A DNA stretch of 64,000 bases from sequence record MH791398.1; one strand, written 5' to 3'. The position numbers were made by a program, and so were the translations under genes. The notes beneath the pieces were generated by a model, which saw only the letters and a program-made list of their open reading frames with translations, did not search any database and was not told the origin of the DNA. The stretch's first letter is position 1. Every line of letters starts with the position of its first letter. Below, piece after piece: positions 1-8,306 of this stretch.

Positions 1-675
1 AATACTCTTCCAAGACGGTCCTTTCTCAAGGATCCAATCAAGAATCCAATACGGGCAATTGAGGTATTGGTTACCAACAGCCCCAATCAGATTTACTTTC
101 GGCTTGAAACCATAAGTCAAATCCGGTTCTTGGGTATCTTTAGTAGTTTCCAAATTCATTTTTTCTTTAACGAACTTCTTTTCATCTTCAATTAATTCGT
201 CAAGAGTTTTAAACCCAGAAGAATCAATATATTCTGGTTGTTTCGGTGGAGTGAATTCAATTTTAACATCGTTGGGAGTATTGATATTAACCACCCCATC
301 ATCAATTTTGATTGATTCAACCACACCAAGTTCAATAACCTCATCTACATTGTCGAATTCGTCATCGACTACAACTGGTTCGACAAAAGGGGTTTTTTCT
401 TTCGGTTCCGGTGCAAGGTCCAGTTTTTCATTCTCTTTGGCGTCCGCCATTTCAAGGAGTTTAACGATCATATCGTCAACCGAAGTATTAGACTTGCTAA
501 TTTTAAAACCACATTCCTTAGCATATGCTTGAATTTTCGCTTTCGCTTCTGGTGCGGTATTAGCATCAACAATTTCGTTGATTACCCCAAGGTCAAGTTC
601 TTTTTGTTTTTTCGCAGTAGACTTTTTTGGTTTAGTTTCTTTTTCTACTGGTTCTTCTACATAATTCAATGCCAT
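1..675 (-). CDS. inh: Inhibitor of prohead protease (Inh), 3' end runs off window; not in ORF track
   Basis: Manual translation from ATG at 675 (SD GAGGA): AKAKIQAYAKECGFKISK and FKPKVNLIG..CPYWILDWI..GPSWK match T4 Inh motifs; CTAAATA late promoter upstream. Confidence 0.8.
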   Translation of the reverse strand, partial: MALNYVEEPVEKETKPKKSTAKKQKELDLGVINEIVDANTAPEAKAKIQAYAKECGFKISKSNTSVDDMIVKLLEMADAKENEKLDLAPEPKEKTPFVEPVVVDDEFDNVDEVIELGVVESIKIDDGVVNINTPNDVKIEFTPPKQPEYIDSSGFKTLDELIEDEKKFVKEKMNLETTKDTQEPDLTYGFKPKVNLIGAVGNQYLNCPYWILDWILEKGPSWKSI

Positions 676-687
676 TTCGCATTCCTC

Positions 688-954
688 TTAGTTTGTTAAT
701 GTATTTAGGGATTTGAGATATTTTACTGCCATCCCAATCTCGTTATACCCAAAGATCATACCATATTTGGTCTTTTTATAGCCATGGTCTTTTCGGATCT
801 GAGTTCCTTTGAACTTAGAATGACCTCCGTGGTCTGAAACCCTCACCATATGCCCCTGTACGTCGATATAAGAGCTTGTGGATGAAGATACCAACCTACA
901 CTCGATCCCGTTATTGAATAGCTCTATCATCAATTCACGAGCTTTGGGGTTCAT
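688..954 (-). CDS. Hypothetical protein (88 aa)
   Basis: ORF in minus-strand operon, abuts the 954-1673 ORF; SxSxYI..HxVRxSDH motif of unknown function. Confidence 0.65.
   Translation of the reverse strand: MNPKARELMIELFNNGIECRLVSSSTSSYIDVQGHMVRVSDHGGHSKFKGTQIRKDHGYKKTKYGMIFGYNEIGMAVKYLKSLNTLTN
702..708 (-). promoter_or_regulatory. Late promoter CTAAATA for inh
   Basis: Reverse complement reads CCCTAAATA, ~27 nt upstream of inh start. Confidence 0.7.
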
Positions 955-1673
955 TAATATAATTCTCCGGAATCACACATAATTTTAACAAGACCTAGAT
1001 CGCCTTTTACGGAATCTACCATATTTTTAATCATGATATTAGCCGCAACAGTTTTAAAGCTCAATTCATTCTGGATATAGATATCAAATTGACCATATTT
1101 CTTGGCATCGTTGATGAAATATTTTGTACCGTGTGCTTCACCCACAACCATCCCACAACCTTTTAACCAACTAGGATAACCCTTACCCACTTCTTTTGCG
1201 GAAAAGAATCCATCCTTATTAGTCATTCCACCAGTACGTTGTACTTCATCGACATAATATTTAATGTCTTTCACTACGTTTTTATTTTCAACAACAGACA
1301 CTTTCTTGATTTTTGGTTGTTCGGAACGAGTGAACACACTTTCATCATCTTGTTCGATGATTGGTTTAAGCATGGATTCAAGTTCTTGGATCCGAGTTTC
1401 ATGAAGTTGGTCGAGTTCTTCGATTGAAGATGCTTTATTACGACGTTTGACCCAATCCCGCTGACCTTCAATAATCGCCGGGTTAATTTTTCGAACTTCT
1501 TTATAAACAGAATTTAGTTTCTCGTCTGATTCACTCAAACGTTCGTCTGTACAAATAGTTCGTTCTATTTTGCTCGATGCTTTCTCACAATCAAAAGATG
1601 CGGCATTAACCTGTACCGCACTAATAGCGCACATCGCACCTAAGATAGCAAAACTAACAAACCGCTTTTTCAT
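954..1673 (-). CDS. Secreted protein with LprI/DUF1311-like lysozyme-inhibitor domain
   Basis: Signal peptide MKKRFVSFAILGAMCAISAVQVNA followed by ASFDCEKAS..IERTICTDERLSESDEKLNSVY..Q R.W...RN signature. Confidence 0.7.
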   Translation of the reverse strand: MKKRFVSFAILGAMCAISAVQVNAASFDCEKASSKIERTICTDERLSESDEKLNSVYKEVRKINPAIIEGQRDWVKRRNKASSIEELDQLHETRIQELESMLKPIIEQDDESVFTRSEQPKIKKVSVVENKNVVKDIKYYVDEVQRTGGMTNKDGFFSAKEVGKGYPSWLKGCGMVVGEAHGTKYFINDAKKYGQFDIYIQNELSFKTVAANIMIKNMVDSVKGDLGLVKIMCDSGELY

Positions 1674-1694
1674 TTTTCATTCCTCAATTTAAAG

Positions 1695-2330
1695 TTATTT
1701 GGTTTCTTTTTTTGCTGCTTCTTCCATTGCAGCAATGATTACATTCAGGGGGGTCAGGTGTCCACAAACGTAGTAGAAGGCGCGAACAAACACAGTACCT
1801 TTGTGTCCACGAACAAGGTGAACGTTAGCGGTTACCATCATCCGACCAAACATCTCATCCAAACGAAGACACCGGTTGAACTGTTCACCCCGAAGTTCCA
1901 TGATCTCCATGATGTTTTTCTTGATAACGGCTTCTTTCTCGCTAACTTTCTGTTCTGGTTGGTTGATGGGAGCGTTTTTAACTGTTGCAATCATAGCAAC
2001 AACCTGTTCACCCATAGAAACCAATTCTTCACACAGAGCTTTATCCATCCAAGGCATTGCTTTTTCTGCTTTTACCAGATATTTGGCGAAAGTCGCGGTG
2101 TTTGGTTGTGCATAATAAAGGTCTACCGCTGCTTCGTGTTCCGGAAGATTCATATTACGCTGTTCGATGTTGATGGAGTCCAGATAGAAAGAAGAGAATT
2201 CGGCCCGCACCAGTTCCATCATTTTTGCGCATTCGTTCAGGGCGCGTTTCTGACCGGCCTTAGAAACAAAACCGGCTTCAACCATACCAACTACGTTTTC
2301 CATAATTTCATTGAATTTTTCGTTGTTCAT
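1695..2330 (-). CDS. Hypothetical protein (211 aa), early promoter
   Basis: ORF with SD (AAGGA) and sigma70-like promoter upstream. Confidence 0.7.
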   Translation of the reverse strand: MNNEKFNEIMENVVGMVEAGFVSKAGQKRALNECAKMMELVRAEFSSFYLDSINIEQRNMNLPEHEAAVDLYYAQPNTATFAKYLVKAEKAMPWMDKALCEELVSMGEQVVAMIATVKNAPINQPEQKVSEKEAVIKKNIMEIMELRGEQFNRCLRLDEMFGRMMVTANVHLVRGHKGTVFVRAFYYVCGHLTPLNVIIAAMEEAAKKETK

Positions 2331-2366
2331 GGTTCGTTCCTTTTTGTCTCTTGTTTCGATATGGAT

Positions 2367-2396
2367 AAGATATCAAAAAGGCTCACCCATTGGCAA
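2367..2396 (-). promoter_or_regulatory. sigma70-like early promoter
   Basis: TTGCCA-18 nt-TATCTT with TGn extended -10 and upstream A-tract. Confidence 0.5.
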
Positions 2397-2414
2397 GCCT
2401 TTTTTCATTTATTT

Positions 2415-3416
2415 TTAGAAATTTCCATCAAGGATATTCATCCAGTGTTCCCGAACAAGTTCCCCTGCTAGGTTGTTCACTGCTTTACCTACATCAGAAG
2501 GACGTTCTGCATCTCGTAGATTTTTGCTGGTATCCTTCGTGAAATCTTCAATTGCGTCTTTCGAGAGGTTACCAGAAACCTTACCAAACTCTTTGGTGGT
2601 AGGGATCCCAATCTTACTGAGGACATTTTTAAGACGATTCACGTTGATATATTCAGCAATCTCATGAATCATAGCAAGATCTGATTCACCCAGAGGCTCT
2701 TTTACCTTTACCGGTTTGTCAGATTTCCCTTTCTCTGTAAACTTGGAGTTTTTAGATTTGAAAATAGTCCGACCTTGACGGGTATAATGTGGGTCTACTG
2801 TCTTCGCAACAAACCCCTCCGCAATGTTATCAGTTCCTTCAACAAGATCGAATTTTCCTGCTATGTTGCTTGGGATAACAACTGATTGGAAGTCGTTCGG
2901 GAGTTTTGTTACACCATCGAAATCCCCACGGTAGATAACAGGGGCATGTTTGAAGATCCCATCGATTGCATCCATAACGAAATCGTGGGAGAGATACATT
3001 CCAGTCTCACCAGAGAAAATGAAGATATCAAACACATAAAAGTCTTGATCTCCATACTCTACTTCTTTTTGAATCATTTTGCCAGTAGTAAGATTACCGG
3101 CATATTCCCCGAAGATTGTAACTTGATCAACTTCTGGGTGTTTTTGTTTAACAAAGTTGTATACTTTTCGGGCATTATCATGATATTTCTTTACAATCAG
3201 GTCTGCTTCATAAAACTGGTCAAAATCACCAAGAAGATCAGTTCGACGACCAGCCTGTACATGTTCATCATTTACAGCAAGTTGAAAATTAGTACCATGA
3301 ATCTTTTCCATTGCAACCCATTCAACACCCTTTGCAGTATATCCGGAAGTTGCAAAAGAGTCGATGACGTTTTGACGATAGTGGTTCTCAAGAGAGTTAT
3401 ATTTTACAAAAATCAT
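2415..3416 (-). CDS. rnlB: RNA ligase 2
   Basis: KYNSLENHY N-terminus, motif I EKIHGTNF, FGEYAG, AEGFV.K, FKSKNSKFTEK match T4 Rnl2. Confidence 0.95.
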   Translation of the reverse strand: MIFVKYNSLENHYRQNVIDSFATSGYTAKGVEWVAMEKIHGTNFQLAVNDEHVQAGRRTDLLGDFDQFYEADLIVKKYHDNARKVYNFVKQKHPEVDQVTIFGEYAGNLTTGKMIQKEVEYGDQDFYVFDIFIFSGETGMYLSHDFVMDAIDGIFKHAPVIYRGDFDGVTKLPNDFQSVVIPSNIAGKFDLVEGTDNIAEGFVAKTVDPHYTRQGRTIFKSKNSKFTEKGKSDKPVKVKEPLGESDLAMIHEIAEYINVNRLKNVLSKIGIPTTKEFGKVSGNLSKDAIEDFTKDTSKNLRDAERPSDVGKAVNNLAGELVREHWMNILDGNF

Positions 3417-3431
3417 ATTATTTCCTTTTAT

Positions 3432-3755
3432 TTAGTCGTAAAAACCGGGTTTTTTGCTTTCAGCAATAGATTTGCGAATTTGTGGCTCTTTGTCATAGCA
3501 GGTTTTGCAATATTTCCCAGCAAACACATTACCAACAAGTTGGTCTTCGTCTTGTGCAGTACCACAACAAGTACATACAAAATATCGAACACCTACATTT
3601 ACCAAACCACACTGTTCGTTAAGGAACTCAAGTGGTTTGTTTCGTGGGAGTGCTTCTGCATCTCTACCACCAACCCCTTTTCGCCAATAAGACCCTGTGC
3701 AGTACTTCGAAAAATAAATGTTTGGGTATTTTACTTGCAATTCTTCGTTACACAT
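3432..3755 (-). CDS. Hypothetical protein, Cys-rich (CTCC..CKTC) possible Zn binder
   Basis: ORF in operon; two Cys clusters. Confidence 0.6.
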   Translation of the reverse strand: MCNEELQVKYPNIYFSKYCTGSYWRKGVGGRDAEALPRNKPLEFLNEQCGLVNVGVRYFVCTCCGTAQDEDQLVGNVFAGKYCKTCYDKEPQIRKSIAESKKPGFYD

Positions 3756-4066
3756 TTTTGTTTCCTTTCTTTATAAAGGTTGTTAATAAAGTTAACAATT
3801 ACCGGGTGAGGGACACAAATTTCTTTCTCGGTATAACTTACCCTAGCTTTGTGTTTTCCACCATAAAATTTACCAAACACATTTTTGGCGATCATACCTT
3901 TTTGGTGGTGTTGGTTCCTCATTACTGAATCTTGATCTGCGTTAGATCGCATCAGTTTTGATGGGGTTTTCTCTTTCCAAGAAAATATACCAGTTCCTAA
4001 AAACTTGTCAAGACCATATGCCAGACCAAGACAAACAACACCAACAGACAAACTTTCTACCAACAT
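3731..4066 (-). CDS. Hypothetical protein with N-terminal hydrophobic segment
   Basis: ORF with SD GAGGA; N-terminal LSVGVVCLGLAYGL. Confidence 0.6.
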   Translation of the reverse strand: MLVESLSVGVVCLGLAYGLDKFLGTGIFSWKEKTPSKLMRSNADQDSVMRNQHHQKGMIAKNVFGKFYGGKHKARVSYTEKEICVPHPVIVNFINNLYKERKQKCVTKNCK

Positions 4067-4078
4067 AATTAATTCCTC

Positions 4079-4561
4079 TTAAAGGTCAGCGATATCAACA
4101 GCAACACCACCAGCAGCGATGAACGGGATGCGGCTCTTGGCACGGTCATCAACCAGACAAACGTTAGGACGAGCAAACGCGGCTTTGTCTTCACTACACA
4201 GGGTATAATGGAAGTTTTCTAACAGTACCGCAGCGACGTCAGCAGGATATACATAAGAGACCCAAGCTTTCTTCTGGCGAACTACGTTCTCTGGGTTTTG
4301 ACGACCGACGCTGGTTAAGATACTTACCTTGCGACCACTACGAACCATCTCAATAACCAGAGAAACCCCTTTTTCCATCACCGGAAGATGACGATAGAAA
4401 TTACCATTTGCCAGTTCTTCTTTGATAAGATTCTTATCTTCTTTGTTCAGACTGTCAAACTGTTCTGCCGCACCCTCACCAAAACGAGCATCGAATGCAC
4501 GACACCAGTCAGCCATCACCCCATCCATATCAAAAAACAACTCGTAAGGATCATTCAGCAT
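4079..4561 (-). CDS. HAD-family 5'(3')-deoxyribonucleotidase-like protein
   Basis: Motif I FFDMDGVMADW, motif II ILTS, Lys (QKKAWV, EDK), motif IV LVDDR; start moved to MLNDPY (SD GAGGA). Confidence 0.75.
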   Translation of the reverse strand: MLNDPYELFFDMDGVMADWCRAFDARFGEGAAEQFDSLNKEDKNLIKEELANGNFYRHLPVMEKGVSLVIEMVRSGRKVSILTSVGRQNPENVVRQKKAWVSYVYPADVAAVLLENFHYTLCSEDKAAFARPNVCLVDDRAKSRIPFIAAGGVAVDIADL

Positions 4562-4592
4562 TGTAATTCCTCTTTGTGTCTCAACGAGATAG

Positions 4593-4622
4593 ATAATACT
4601 ACACACAAGTTTCATGAGTCAA
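4593..4622 (-). promoter_or_regulatory. sigma70-like early promoter
   Basis: TTGACT-18 nt-TATTAT upstream of the HAD gene. Confidence 0.55.
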
Positions 4623-4630
4623 CCCCTTTT

Positions 4631-4668
4631 AAAAAGAAAAAAGGCCATGAGCAAATTGCATCATGACC
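4631..4668 (-). terminator. Rho-independent terminator
   Basis: GGTCATGA..TCATGGCC stem followed by T-tract on minus strand. Confidence 0.7.
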
Positions 4669-4681
4669 CACGTTAGACAAC

Positions 4682-5044
4682 TTAACCGTCCTCGCGTTTT
4701 GTTTGAGTTTTCTTCTCAACTCTGGCGTTTTCCATCTCACTGATCCGCTTCTCAAGTCTCTCCAATTCAACTCGGTTCCCCCTATTAACCTCATCGATAA
4801 GATCCTTACTATAAAGCATTGCCCGCAGTTGAGCAGTTTCTACAGAATCCTTATTTGGGAGAGATTTAATCTCCGTTCTTAGGTTATCTATAGATTTGTC
4901 CATGTGGGAAGTGATTTGCTCTTTAAAAGCTACTTGGCGGGAATCCGCTATAAATTCATTATATGAAAATATAGAGGCCCAGATCGCCACAATAACGGTT
5001 AGGACGGGTAGGGTGTCTTTAAACAGCTTACTATTTATAAGCAT
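4682..5044 (-). CDS. Late single-pass membrane protein with coiled coil
   Basis: TMD LPVLTVIVAIWASIFSY then heptad-like C-terminus; SD GGGAG; CTAAATA upstream. Confidence 0.7.
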   Translation of the reverse strand: MLINSKLFKDTLPVLTVIVAIWASIFSYNEFIADSRQVAFKEQITSHMDKSIDNLRTEIKSLPNKDSVETAQLRAMLYSKDLIDEVNRGNRVELERLEKRISEMENARVEKKTQTKREDG

Positions 5045-5089
5045 TTTATTTTCTCCCTACGTCACGAGGAAATGGTATTCCCTCGCATT

Positions 5090-5110
5090 TATTTAGTGTT
5101 GCCCTAAATA
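5090..5110. promoter_or_regulatory. Back-to-back late promoters CTAAATA (minus 5090-5096, plus 5104-5110)
   Basis: Both motifs read directly in the divergent intergenic region. Confidence 0.7.
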
Positions 5111-5144
5111 ATTATATATGTGAAAAATTTAAAGAGAGAATGAG

Positions 5145-6650
5145 ATGAAAGTATCAGTTAAATTCAACGACTATAGTAATGCAATTATCGAGTGTGAACG
5201 TGACATCTTCATGGAATTGAGAGAGTATTATTCATTTGAGACGGAAGGTGGTGCTCGATTTAATCCTAAGTTTAAATATAGCGGTTGGGATGGTCGGATC
5301 CGTCTCCTACAACCTGATGGAAAATTCCCTTATGGTCTGGTCAATAATCTTGAGAAATATTGCCATAGAAACGAATACGAATTTGAAAAAGAAGAAGACT
5401 TTACTCCTATTAACCATTTCACATCTAGAGAAGAGTTTGACAAATGGTTGGCTGATATTGATATATATTCTGGGGGAAATAAGATTACCGCTCACTGGTA
5501 TCAGGCTGATGCGGTTTATTACGCAATTCAGAATAACCGGGGTATCTTAAACCTTCCTACGTCTGCCGGTAAATCCCTAATAGCGGCTCTTATTTGTTAC
5601 TGGTATATGACTAATTATGATGGGAAAATATTGCTGATCGTTCCAACAACCTCCCTTGTTACTCAGATGATGGACGATTTCGCAGATTACCAGTTTATGA
5701 GACGGGAATTTTCTCATGGTATTATGGCTGGTAAAACAAAAGACCACCCAGCACCAGTATTTGTTAGTACATGGCAAAGTGCATCGAAACAACCAGTTCA
5801 TTGGTTCCGCCAATTTGGGGCTCTTTTGATTGATGAATGTCACAACGTAGGTAGTGAAATTAAGAATATCATCACAAACCTCTCTGAGTGCCCGTTTAAA
5901 TGGGGTATGAGTGGTTCTTTGAAAGATGGTAAATGTAATATTATGTCGTATGTTGGTTTGTTTGGGGATGTATTCAAGCCGGTTAGTACTAAACAACTTA
6001 TGGAAGAGGGTCAAGTAACAGATCTTAAAATAAATAACCTGTTCTTGCGGTATCCTAAACAAGATTGTGTATTAACTAAAGGAATAGAATATCAACAAGA
6101 GATTAAATATATCGAGGAACATACAAAGAGAAATGCTTTTGTGTGTCGTTTGGCTTTAAAATTAGCCAAAGAGAAGAAAGAGAATACCTTGATACTGTTT
6201 AGGCATAAGGAACATGGGAAGAAGCTTTATGAGGCCCTTAGCAAAAAACATGACAATGTATTCTTTGCTAATGGCGATACTAACGTAGAGGAACGGGATC
6301 AGCTTAAGAAAATTGCAGAGGGTAGCGACGGGATGATCATCGTTGCTTCTATTGGTATATTCTCAACCGGTATTTCTATCAAAAAGCTATTCCACGTTAT
6401 TTTCGCGTCTCCATTTAAATCTAAGGTTACCACGTTACAGAGTATTGGTCGGGTTCTTCGAAAGCATGGAGAAAAGACTATCGCCACTCTATGGGATATT
6501 GTAGATAACCTATGTATTGAGACCAAAAATTCGAAACCGGGCTCGGTTAAATATGCACATAAAAATTATGCGTACAAACATGCAATGCTTCGTATCGAAA
6601 GATATGCAAGTGAACAATTTGACTATCAAATTAAGGAAATAGAACTGTGA
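5145..6650 (+). CDS. uvsW: UvsW SF2 RNA-DNA/DNA-DNA helicase
   Basis: PKFKYSGWDGRIRL, LPTSAGKS, IDECH, LQSIGRVLRKH. Confidence 0.97.
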   Translation: MKVSVKFNDYSNAIIECERDIFMELREYYSFETEGGARFNPKFKYSGWDGRIRLLQPDGKFPYGLVNNLEKYCHRNEYEFEKEEDFTPINHFTSREEFDKWLADIDIYSGGNKITAHWYQADAVYYAIQNNRGILNLPTSAGKSLIAALICYWYMTNYDGKILLIVPTTSLVTQMMDDFADYQFMRREFSHGIMAGKTKDHPAPVFVSTWQSASKQPVHWFRQFGALLIDECHNVGSEIKNIITNLSECPFKWGMSGSLKDGKCNIMSYVGLFGDVFKPVSTKQLMEEGQVTDLKINNLFLRYPKQDCVLTKGIEYQQEIKYIEEHTKRNAFVCRLALKLAKEKKENTLILFRHKEHGKKLYEALSKKHDNVFFANGDTNVEERDQLKKIAEGSDGMIIVASIGIFSTGISIKKLFHVIFASPFKSKVTTLQSIGRVLRKHGEKTIATLWDIVDNLCIETKNSKPGSVKYAHKNYAYKHAMLRIERYASEQFDYQIKEIEL

Positions 6651-6928
6651 TATACTTTGCTGATTATCTTCGCCTTCAAGAAGAGGTAGAAGAAAAAAAC
6701 ACCGACGGTGGTGATGACAAACCTGCTGTAAGTATCGAAAAGTTTTTGGGCAAAATTATGTCAGCAATGACACCCAAAGGACTTGACGAACTAGAGCGTT
6801 ATTATAAAAGTCGAATAAAATCCGTTGCTATTTCGGATACTGATGATATTCAGATCCGTGATGCAATCGATGGTCGCCGCGAAGCCTTTAAACAAGAGGA
6901 AGGCGGTGAGGAAGTAGAAGACTTTTGA
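6647..6928 (+). CDS. uvsW.1: UvsW.1
   Basis: SIEKFLGKI..GLDELERYYKSR..DTDDIQIRDAIDGRR matches T4 UvsW.1. Confidence 0.92.
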   Translation: MIYFADYLRLQEEVEEKNTDGGDDKPAVSIEKFLGKIMSAMTPKGLDELERYYKSRIKSVAISDTDDIQIRDAIDGRREAFKQEEGGEEVEDF

Positions 6929-6933
6929 TTTTT

Positions 6934-6963
6934 AAAGCCCGCTTTATGCGGGCTTTTTGTTTT
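6934..6963. terminator. Bidirectional terminator
   Basis: AAAGCCCGC-TTTAT-GCGGGCTTT between convergent genes. Confidence 0.85.
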
Positions 6964-7300
6964 TAACGAACAGTGGGTCGTAACCAGTCGGTTTCATGAG
7001 GAATTTTTCATAATCTCGCAGAGTTTCATAGACCGACTGAGAAATGAAACCAACGCTACATTTTTCTTTTTGATATATTGTCCCACAAACCCGAGCATAA
7101 CGTGACGCGGAAAACAGGGGGGCGAGATCTGGGTCTACATCATAAAGGAGAGCCAAGATGCAGTTTTGGCGGTTCTTTCCCCGTGTGTGTTCTAGAACAA
7201 GACAATTAAGTTCTTTTCGAACTTGGTTAGTCAGTTCACGGATCTCCATCACTTGACCAAATTCACCATTTTTCAAAACATCGTTATTGTGGTGATTCAT
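6944..7300 (-). CDS. Hypothetical protein (118 aa)
   Basis: ORF with SD GGAG. Confidence 0.6.
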   Translation of the reverse strand: MNHHNNDVLKNGEFGQVMEIRELTNQVRKELNCLVLEHTRGKNRQNCILALLYDVDPDLAPLFSASRYARVCGTIYQKEKCSVGFISQSVYETLRDYEKFLMKPTGYDPLFVKNKKPA

Positions 7301-7311
7301 TTTATCTCTCC

Positions 7312-7539
7312 TTAGCGAACCATGGTTTTCATTTTCTTAACAACCACGGTAGTCTGGGTGGAAGGACCACGACGACCAGTACGGGTGAGGGTCATGGTCT
7401 CTTTTTTCTGGGAAGGGGTAACCTCAACAGAACGAGCCCAGCGATTAGCGGAATCTTTACCGTTGTCGGTCATTTTACCGAAGGAAGCGACACGGGCGGC
7501 AGAACGAGTAGCGAAGAAAACTTGAGCGGTCATAGTCAT
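7312..7539 (-). CDS. Small basic hypothetical protein
   Basis: ORF with SD AGGA, own promoter, biased codon usage. Confidence 0.7.
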   Translation of the reverse strand: MTMTAQVFFATRSAARVASFGKMTDNGKDSANRWARSVEVTPSQKKETMTLTRTGRRGPSTQTTVVVKKMKTMVR

Positions 7540-7587
7540 GGTTCATTTCCTTTTTCAGAAGAGGGACAACCCGTCCCGACATGAGTA

Positions 7588-7615
7588 ATATTACCAGAAC
7601 TGGATTTTGGTGCAA
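7588..7615 (-). promoter_or_regulatory. sigma70-like early promoter
   Basis: TTGCAC-16 nt-TAATAT with TGn extension. Confidence 0.5.
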
Positions 7616-7675
7616 GCGATTTTTGAAAAATAAATGCAAAAAATCCCAAGTGATTGATTCACTTGGGATTTTACT

Positions 7676-8092
7676 TTACTTTACACCAACCATAAGGGCT
7701 TGGTGGTCAACAATCGCTCTAATACTAAATCCACGTTGTCGGATAGATTCGATTGCACCATCACAAAACTTAATCATCAGATCCAGATAATCCAGTTTTT
7801 TTGATGACAAAAGAACTTTATCGTCCGCCGGGATGATGGTTTTTAATTCAGTTGCACTGAAATCGAACTCGCATATATCATCACCACGCCCAGTATTGTG
7901 CATTAGACTATCTTTCAGGATAACAACATGCGAAGAATGAATACCAATACGCTGGCGGCTTAAGTCTGCTTTGTACCGGATCCATTTCCCATAGATTACT
8001 GGATTGTCCATAGCGGAATTTTGAATATTACCACGGTCGATAACAAGGTCTTTTTCCAATTCGGCTTGTAAGCTTTCCAATGAGTAATCCAT
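7676..8092 (-). CDS. uvsY: UvsY recombination mediator
   Basis: LESLQAELEKDLVID..Y.KW..TGRGD..FCDGAIESIRQRGFSI matches T4 UvsY. Confidence 0.93.
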   Translation of the reverse strand: MDYSLESLQAELEKDLVIDRGNIQNSAMDNPVIYGKWIRYKADLSRQRIGIHSSHVVILKDSLMHNTGRGDDICEFDFSATELKTIIPADDKVLLSSKKLDYLDLMIKFCDGAIESIRQRGFSIRAIVDHQALMVGVK

Positions 8093-8271
8093 TACAGCAT
8101 TTGCACCTCTTCAATTTTAGAACTCAAATCCGATTCGTTTAGTTTAGAGTTTTCAAATTGATCTTTGTAGTATGCATAACACCCTTGATAATGGAGAGTA
8201 CCATGGGGAGTGTCTACAGTGGTTTGATGCGATTCAATTTTTTGTTTACAAATGATACATTTCATTTTCAT
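8092..8271 (-). CDS. uvsY.-2: UvsY.-2 homolog (59 aa); not in ORF track
   Basis: Manual translation MKMKCIICKQKIESHQTTVDTPHGTLHYQGCYAYYKD..VQML resembles T4 UvsY.-2; stop overlaps uvsY start. Confidence 0.75.
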   Translation of the reverse strand: MKMKCIICKQKIESHQTTVDTPHGTLHYQGCYAYYKDQFENSKLNESDLSSKIEEVQML

Positions 8272-8306
8272 ATTCCTTTCAAGTAAGGGGGAATTCCCCC
8301 TTTCCT

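Noticed and set aside
4612-5044. Embedded i-spanin/o-spanin pair
   Set aside because: The overlapping 4612-4794 ORF has no signal peptide or lipobox Cys
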